In this document: positions 55,478 through 60,825 of the stretch, in pieces
Position numbering within the stretch: the first letter of the stretch is position 1
Layout: every line of letters starts with the position of its first letter
NCBI GenBank assembly: GCA_037916085.1
Contig: JBAIYC010000107.1
Location: 1 to 60,825 of the forward strand
DNA from: Nitrospirota bacterium
Lineage (GTDB): Bacteria; Nitrospirota; UBA9217
Direction of reading: 5' to 3'
Length of the DNA stretch: 60,825 nucleotides
Notes under the pieces: model-generated
Databases searched by the model: none
What the model saw: only the letters and a program-made list of their open reading frames with translations
Told to the model about the DNA's origin: nothing
Made by a program: the position numbers and the translations under genes

Positions 55478-56008
55478 TTATCCTTTCCGCAGCCGTCGGA
55501 TCCGCACCTTCAGCTCCTGTTTGAACTTTCTCATGACCTCGCTGGCCCTGATCCAGGCCGGCATCTTCCGCAGTTCCTCATAGAGCCGTTCCTTCGTTTC
55601 TCTGAACCAGTAATAGAAAGCGGCGAAAGGCCGTATCAAGAGCAGCTTTTCCCTACTGATGACGAAGAGTCTCGTTACCAGGGCGGTTATCGTTGCTTTG
55701 GCCACGACGAATATCGCTGCGCCTCGGAGTATCTTGCCGCTCGCGATCAGATACAGTCCCAATAGCTTTGCTGGGATCATGATAAGGAACGGAAAGATGA
55801 AGAGTGAAAGCAACAGATACTGGTTCTGGCGTCTGAGGAAATCTTCGAAATCCTGGACGATCTTCAGGCGGGCAACGACCTCCATGACGGCAAGGATGCT
55901 GTCCCATACCCAATCCTCGAACAGCATCCAGACGGCCGCAAGGATGATGAGAACGATGCGCGCAGCCCGTTTGAGAAGCCCTTTTCTCTTCATCTTCATA
56001 GTTATCAT
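55478..56008 (-). CDS. Hypothetical integral membrane protein
   Basis: 176 aa with 3-4 hydrophobic helices and basic termini. Its stop is 4 nt upstream of the YncE-like start, suggesting one operon. I recognise no family. Confidence 0.5.
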   Translation of the reverse strand: MITMKMKRKGLLKRAARIVLIILAAVWMLFEDWVWDSILAVMEVVARLKIVQDFEDFLRRQNQYLLLSLFIFPFLIMIPAKLLGLYLIASGKILRGAAIFVVAKATITALVTRLFVISREKLLLIRPFAAFYYWFRETKERLYEELRKMPAWIRASEVMRKFKQELKVRIRRLRKG

Positions 56009-56165
56009 TTTCGCACAAAAACCTTATGGAGGGAATAGGTCAACCGGTTAGCGATCTGAAGCCTTGAAACGACTGCCCCCTCTACTCTCTGCGAAGAGTG
56101 CTTCTTTTTAAGTGCTCCTTTTTCTGTTGCTGCAACAAAAGGAGAATAGTTGCAGTGGCTGGAAA

Positions 56166-56194
56166 TTGACGACAGTTATTTCCGGTGATTAAAT
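56166..56194 (+). promoter_or_regulatory. Candidate sigma70-like promoter for the DUF4382-like lipoprotein gene
   Basis: TTGACG (56166-56171), 17-nt spacer, TTAAAT (56189-56194). This would give a leader of about 165 nt. Confidence 0.35.
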
Positions 56195-56367
56195 ATTCAT
56201 ATCCCCTCGGATACAGACCCTTTGTGAGAAGAAAGCTGACCACGGACGAGAATCGAACTACAGCGGGAACTCTTTCCCGATATGAGATGCAGGCCCAAGT
56301 AGTGATGAAAGTGTATGCTGCCAGAATATCTTGCCCACAGTCAGGGAGTACGGAAGGGAGGCTCGTC

Positions 56368-57462
56368 ATGAGGAGAGGAAGGGTGGCGATCAGCTGTGTC
56401 ATTGGAGCGGCACTGCTCGTTGTTTCCGCGTTCGTGTTCAACTCCTGTAGCGGCGGTAATGGACGCACTTCATCGGGCACGGTGGCTCTTTATGCGACCG
56501 ACAACATGTCAAACCATAAGCAGGTGATCGCGACGATCAACAAGGTGACCGTCGAGAGTACGGGCAGCGGCGCCACCTGCGAGGTCTTGACGACACCGGT
56601 GACGATCAACATTGCCAACCTGTCGAATGTCCTCCAGCTTTTGAACGTTGCCGATTGCCCTGCCGTACCGTACAACAGGCTGCATATCGAATTTAACAGG
56701 TCCGTGGAACTTATGGACAGTGCAGGGAACGAATCATCGTGCTCATTCACGTCCTACAAGGACGAAGACAACCATGTGAACAGGCTGCAGTGCAACGGAG
56801 ACACGTGCACGCTGGACATCAATGGGGCTGTCAATGTTCTCATCAATCAGTACAACAAGGTCGCTCTCGATTTCCGCCTGAAGGATTTCGACGTGGACCA
56901 CTTCGGGACCGCATCATGTTCTGTCACCATGAAGGTCTCGCCGCTTCACGGCAAGGAGTTCGGGCATCTTGACCGTTTTGAAGGGATCACCGGCCTCGTC
57001 ACCAATCTGACCACGTCCACCCGTACCTTCACCCTGTCGAAAGATCATCTCGCGCTCGACGTTTTGTACTCGGGCATAACATCGTCGCGCCAGCCGGGTC
57101 TTGACGATCTGCTCCTCCGAGCCCAGCAGGACGGTTTGAGAACAGCGGTGACGGCATCGGCCATCGATTTTTCGACCAAGACGATCGAGGCGTCAAAGAT
57201 ACTTGTGAAGGTGGAAGGACTGGTTTCGAATCTCACGACATCGACCAACACGTTCACCCTTACTTACCGAGAGGGGAAAACGATGCCCATCGACTACGGC
57301 AATGCTGCCGTCAAGGGGACCGTCGCGAACGGGGCGTGGACGGAAGTGAAGCTGTATGGTCACGACAGCGCAAGTTCAAACTTCCTTGCAGCCATCATAG
57401 AAGCCGAAACCGGATGTAAGGGTCCGGGTGACCGATGGAGGGAAAGGCATACCGAGGATTAG
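56368..57462 (+). CDS. Lipoprotein, DUF4382-like N-domain plus two DUF5666-like repeats
   Basis: Start moved to the ATG at 56368 (GGAAGGGAGG RBS). This gives MRRGRVAISCVIGAALLVVSAFVFNSC with a lipobox. Contains ALYATDN...VTVES. The repeat GLV(T/S)NLTTST(R/N)TFTL occurs twice. Confidence 0.6.
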   Translation: MRRGRVAISCVIGAALLVVSAFVFNSCSGGNGRTSSGTVALYATDNMSNHKQVIATINKVTVESTGSGATCEVLTTPVTINIANLSNVLQLLNVADCPAVPYNRLHIEFNRSVELMDSAGNESSCSFTSYKDEDNHVNRLQCNGDTCTLDINGAVNVLINQYNKVALDFRLKDFDVDHFGTASCSVTMKVSPLHGKEFGHLDRFEGITGLVTNLTTSTRTFTLSKDHLALDVLYSGITSSRQPGLDDLLLRAQQDGLRTAVTASAIDFSTKTIEASKILVKVEGLVSNLTTSTNTFTLTYREGKTMPIDYGNAAVKGTVANGAWTEVKLYGHDSASSNFLAAIIEAETGCKGPGDRWRERHTED

Positions 57463-57479
57463 TCCGGCCGGGACGCCGC

Positions 57480-57510
57480 AGGGCTCGGGAGAACCGAGCC
57501 CTTTCTTATT
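57480..57510 (+). terminator. Rho-independent terminator after the lipoprotein gene
   Basis: AGGGCTCGG-GAGAA-CCGAGCCCT followed by TTCTTATT. Confidence 0.7.
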
Positions 57511-57532
57511 GTCCTATTGCCGGCAGACGTCA

Positions 57533-58081
57533 TCAGCTTGACTCCTCAACCAGCGCCATGAGTTTCGTCATCGTAGCCATGTTCCGTCCCGTGCCCGTTC
57601 GTTCGAGCGCGCGGTCTACTGCAGCCCAGAGCGGACTCCTCGCTATGCCCTTCGCGCACCAGAGGTACGCGACACGTCGTCCCAGCGCGAGCGCCTCCGG
57701 CGCCCACCGTTTCTTGAGCAAAGGCCGAAGCCGTTTCTGGTCCGACCGCGTCCGTGGCACCATGACAAGGAAATGCGGCGGATCCGTCGCGACGCCGGAC
57801 AGCGGGTTGTTACGCACGGCCGCCGCGACTTCCTGACCGGAAAGGACGCTCACCTGTGTGGTCAGCCCGAATTTGGCTGCGAGCCCCTTCTCGATGCGCG
57901 CAGGGATATCGCCACGCCCTTTGTTCGGCGCCGAGAAGATGACGTTGCCGCTGTTGAGCAACGTGCGCACATCGCGAAACCCGAGGCCTTCAAAGAGCTC
58001 GCGAAGGTCAGCCATCGCGACACGCCTCGCCGTGCCGATGTTGTTGACGCCTCGAATCAGTGCAACGTACCTGGCCGTCAT
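57533..58081 (-). CDS. DUF1697 domain protein
   Basis: Start moved to the ATG at 58081, which removes the overlap with the upstream gene. Begins [49 protein letters not shown]. Confidence 0.7.
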   Translation of the reverse strand: MTARYVALIRGVNNIGTARRVAMADLRELFEGLGFRDVRTLLNSGNVIFSAPNKGRGDIPARIEKGLAAKFGLTTQVSVLSGQEVAAAVRNNPLSGVATDPPHFLVMVPRTRSDQKRLRPLLKKRWAPEALALGRRVAYLWCAKGIARSPLWAAVDRALERTGTGRNMATMTKLMALVEESS

Positions 58082-58139
58082 CGGCACCTCACCGGTGAGA
58101 TGGCCGGATGATCGCAAGCTACGCTGAACACGTTCTGCA

Positions 58140-60125
58140 TTACTTTCCCGCGACGATCTCGTAAATCGGTATTTCTTCATTGAAATCAAGCCCAATGATA
58201 CCGGCAATGCTGGAGTCCTGAAAAGCCCCTATGCTGCAGACACCGATCCCGAGAGATGCGCCCTGCAGATAGATTCCCTCGCCCATTGCACCGGCACGCA
58301 CATGGACGTAGCGATAACCCCGATCGCCGTCCGGGGAGAGGATATCCTTCCATTTAGCGCTCAGGACGAAGACCACTGCTGCCGTGCCAACGAATTCCTG
58401 TCTCATGCTCGCCTCAGCCAATTGTCGGGAATAGTCCCCTTCTTTCAGCAGGTGCAGCGCATGGGAAGCAGGGAGATAACGATAGACGCCGGGCCTCACA
58501 CCTTTGACGTCGCGAACGATAAGAGAGAGCGTCAGGGGTGAAGAGAGAGCGAACAAAGGGTCGCTGATGAGAATGTCCTTGGAGTCCCCTGCCGAGGCAG
58601 CGCAAAGTGCCGCAAGCTCTTCTCGGGACATCGGAGTGGGACCATATTCACGAACAGAGCGCCGTAAGGTAATGGCCTCCAAGAGCGGTTTTCCGCGCGC
58701 GGGCACGGGAAGGGGCATGCCTGTCAAGCCGGCCTCAAGATGCGGAGGATGGCGGGGCAGCCCACCCTTCATCCCGACGCGTCGGATCGACGTGCCCTTG
58801 TGAATCAGGTCGATCACGCTTGCTCGGAAAGGTCCCATCGGTTCCCTCTGGAAAACCGGCTCAGGGGAAGTAGCTCTCGACGAGCCGAGGGGCATAATGA
58901 GGAGTCCAGCTTCCGCGGACGGGTTGATATCCAGAAATGTATTGAGGGCTTGATCGTCGAAGCGGCCGATCATGGGCGCCCGCAAACCAATCGAAGCTGC
59001 GCACAGGCCAAGGTTACAAGCCGCGTGGCCGACCTCCATGACGACATAACGATAGGTGCGTTGCTGATACTTAAAATCCGTTCGGCCGAAAGTGGCGGTG
59101 AAGATCACTGTGGCAGGGGCATCCGTCAACAGCTCGGGACTGCCGGAAAGCATCTGCAGCTGGACAGTCAGAGCGGGATCGGATCGTATTTGATAGAGGG
59201 CGGACCTCTTCGCGTGGTAGTAATAGAGACCTGGCGCCAATCCCTGGACCTTGCTGGCAAGGACGTATATGTTGACGGGATACAGTGCTCCAGCCGAAGG
59301 CGCCGTGCGCAGATCGTACCTGAGCCCGTTGTAGGCCGCCGGTCTGCTCACGCCCAGCGTATGGGAGAGCAGCTCGGACAGGCGATCGAGGGTCAGCCCT
59401 CCTTGATCGGATCGGGCCCGCCCTGCGGCCCACGAATGGTAGGCATCCTCAACGCTTCCCCCGCCTTCGGACCTTACCGGGGGGAGCGAGATCACGGGCT
59501 TCTCCGGATACTCCTTGTACGGTCCCTGACGAGCTGATACGGTCAATCCGCGAAGGCCAACTCGGGGATATGAACTGATCGTATGGTAATACTCTGCGAG
59601 CGTTGTCCGTTTCCCACCTGCTTCCACGAAAACAGGCGGAATGAGGGGTTCTGCCGTAAGACCCTGATGGGACTCCCCCGTCACTATGGTGATATAACGG
59701 CTTCCCTGGCGCACTCCGATGGAGTAGACCACTCCGCCCGCGGCCAGGGCCAGAAGACCGTAAGCTGCGATTCGAACCCAAAAGCGGAAACGTCCTGAGT
59801 CTGGTTCGATAAAGACGTCCGGTGCTTTTCCGGATAATAATGATGCGACATTCCTCCAGTGCAGCGTCACATGAACCAACGCAACTGCCAACAGGAGGTA
59901 GCCAGGGAGGTAATGCCAATCGAAGATCGGTAGTTCCTGGCTTGCTACCCAGAATATCCCTGTGCCGACAACCGCCAGGAAATAGGCCAGCACGACCAGG
60001 CTGAACGCGGTCGTGGCTGTGAATCGATTGGGGCGGGACCTTTTGACGACACGGACGCCCAGCCAGAGGAAATACAGCGCGAGCGGCAGAAAGACGAGGA
60101 CAAAGCGGGACGTCAGCTTCAGCAT
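58140..60125 (-). CDS. SagB/ThcOx-type two-lobed nitroreductase-fold dehydrogenase fused to an N-terminal 4-TM His-containing domain
   Basis: 661 aa. TM helices include [21 protein letters not shown]. Lobe 1 has [16 protein letters not shown]...GLYYYH. Lobe 2 has [10 protein letters not shown]...GVYRYLP...[10 protein letters not shown]. Confidence 0.7.
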   Translation of the reverse strand: MLKLTSRFVLVFLPLALYFLWLGVRVVKRSRPNRFTATTAFSLVVLAYFLAVVGTGIFWVASQELPIFDWHYLPGYLLLAVALVHVTLHWRNVASLLSGKAPDVFIEPDSGRFRFWVRIAAYGLLALAAGGVVYSIGVRQGSRYITIVTGESHQGLTAEPLIPPVFVEAGGKRTTLAEYYHTISSYPRVGLRGLTVSARQGPYKEYPEKPVISLPPVRSEGGGSVEDAYHSWAAGRARSDQGGLTLDRLSELLSHTLGVSRPAAYNGLRYDLRTAPSAGALYPVNIYVLASKVQGLAPGLYYYHAKRSALYQIRSDPALTVQLQMLSGSPELLTDAPATVIFTATFGRTDFKYQQRTYRYVVMEVGHAACNLGLCAASIGLRAPMIGRFDDQALNTFLDINPSAEAGLLIMPLGSSRATSPEPVFQREPMGPFRASVIDLIHKGTSIRRVGMKGGLPRHPPHLEAGLTGMPLPVPARGKPLLEAITLRRSVREYGPTPMSREELAALCAASAGDSKDILISDPLFALSSPLTLSLIVRDVKGVRPGVYRYLPASHALHLLKEGDYSRQLAEASMRQEFVGTAAVVFVLSAKWKDILSPDGDRGYRYVHVRAGAMGEGIYLQGASLGIGVCSIGAFQDSSIAGIIGLDFNEEIPIYEIVAGK

Positions 60126-60412
60126 GAGGACTCTCCAGGTCGGGCAAGGGATATCATTGCTGTCCCGTTACAACAGCGCCCCTTGCAGGTCTTTATCTGA
60201 CACAGCTCATAGCCCTTCCGGTCTCAGCGTACGGATATCCAGTCAGGCTCTCTCTTCGATACGCATCTCCCGCATGGTTCAGCGAAGATCACTCCGCGAT
60301 TGTACCATGCAACCGGTTCTTCAGGAAATGCGAGGCATCCACCCGCCCGTGACCTCCCTCAGCACCGACGACCTTCATCCCCGCCGAACGACGGGTGATC
60401 GTGTCATGTCTG

Positions 60413-60452
60413 CAAAACAAAAAATGACTTAGCAGATAGAACGCTAAGTCAT
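60413..60452 (-). terminator. Rho-independent terminator immediately downstream of the tRNA-Ala 3' end
   Basis: Perfect 10-bp stem ATGACTTAGC/GCTAAGTCAT (60424-60452). On the minus strand it is followed by TTTTTTGTTTTG. Confidence 0.7.
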
Positions 60453-60461
60453 TCGAGAACT

Positions 60462-60506
60462 TGGTGGACGAGAAGGGATTCGAACCCTCGACCCCCGCAT
60501 TGCGAA
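60462..60506 (-). pseudogene. 3' half of tRNA-Ala(CGC): anticodon loop through CCA, with no 5' half (att-like remnant)
   Basis: Minus strand reads TTCGCAA-TGCGG-GGGTC-GAGGG-TTCGAAT-CCCTT-CTCGTCC-A-CCA. U70 and A73 fit Ala identity. The upstream 5 nt (TTTAA) cannot pair with TGCGG, and no D-arm or 5' acceptor sequence follows. Confidence 0.7.
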
Positions 60507-60825
60507 TTAAATAAAGCCATTTTGGCAAAGACTTTGCTTTGGTTCTGGTTTCCCGTTTTGCATTGAGAATCAGGTAATTGGAAGACCTGTGGTAATTACG
60601 TCTGTTATGCTTATTATGTCCTTTTAGAAAAAAATTAGCACAATTTTAGCACAGCATCGCCCTGCACTGTTGAGAATAAAGTTTCATGATCATCATACCA
60701 TCCTCATATTATTCGAACGGCAGAGGAGTTTCCGCTCCCACTTTTTTATTGCTTCAGATTATGATAGTACATTTTCGACCGATGAATGGAATGCAGAGAA
60801 TGCATTTCTGATCCGCTTGCGACTG
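60507..60825. mobile_element. Edge of a low-GC insertion abutting the tRNA fragment (probable integrated element continuing beyond the window)
   Basis: Hand counts of G+C per 60 nt are 26, 19 and 23 for lines 60541, 60601 and 60661, against 36 for line 60301. The composition changes exactly at the tRNA truncation point. Confidence 0.45.

Noticed and set aside
56244-56258. GGACGAGAATCGAAC resembles the acceptor/T-arm of the tRNA-Ala remnant, so it could be a second, decayed att site bracketing 56.2-60.5 kb.
   Set aside because: Only 15 nt match, and that needs a 4-nt gap. It cannot fold as a T-arm, and there is no compositional break at this point. It is mentioned in a finding as a curiosity but not called.
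58140-60125. SagB-type gene as a marker of a thiazole/oxazole-modified microcin (TOMM) biosynthetic cluster.
   Set aside because: No YcaO cyclodehydratase, precursor peptide, protease or exporter is within reach. The neighbours are a DUF1697 gene and a tRNA remnant.
60289-60528. 79-aa minus-strand ORF (...AGVEGSNPFSST...).
   Set aside because: It reads straight through the tRNA-Ala remnant and its terminator. The GSNP/EGSNPF string is the usual translation artefact of a tRNA T-arm.
60687-60825. Tiny ORFs in the low-GC tail: a 45-codon plus-strand ORF from about 60687, and the minus-strand C-terminal fragment ending at 60754.
   Set aside because: They are too short or truncated by the window edge to support a call. 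They are only noted inside the island-boundary finding.

Overview
High-GC (about 60% by eye) bacterial chromosome segment, tightly packed with about 57 protein genes. All calls come from reading the supplied ORF translations and the DNA by eye. No searches were run.

Most of the window is housekeeping:
- nifS-like/iscR, ubiX, an aspartate aminotransferase, ruvCAB, yebC, htrA, bioA and queH.
- yceD-rpmF-plsX-fabH...fabD-fabG-acpP-fabF-rnc, then purMN and a HlyD/ABC/FtsX-FtsX exporter.

The content (multihaem cytochrome, Bcd/Etf-type genes, many TPR/GT-C membrane proteins) suggests an anaerobic Nitrospirota- or Desulfobacterota-like organism. That is inference only.

Main things worth a second look:
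1. An acyl-CoA dehydrogenase plus ferredoxin-fused EtfBA module sits exactly between fabH and fabD. No recognisable enoyl-ACP reductase is in the window.
2. A tetrahaem 'doubled CXXCH' cytochrome has its own leader and terminator. It lies next to an NHL-propeller lipoprotein, a SurA-like PPIase and a 626-aa beta-barrel with an Asn8 tract.
3. A polyprenyl-phosphate-type GT2, two methyltransferases and two GT-C+TPR membrane proteins form a candidate periplasmic protein glycosylation locus.
4. The NifS-like desulfurase has Gln (SGHQ) where the PLP-anchoring Lys is expected.
5. A family of intergenic palindromic elements is built from doubled short words.
6. A lower-GC accessory stretch (52.7-60.1 kb) ends at a 3' half of tRNA-Ala(CGC) that still has its terminator. 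A sharp drop in GC follows, which looks like the edge of an integrated element running off the window.

I saw no rRNA, CRISPR array, transposase or integrase.
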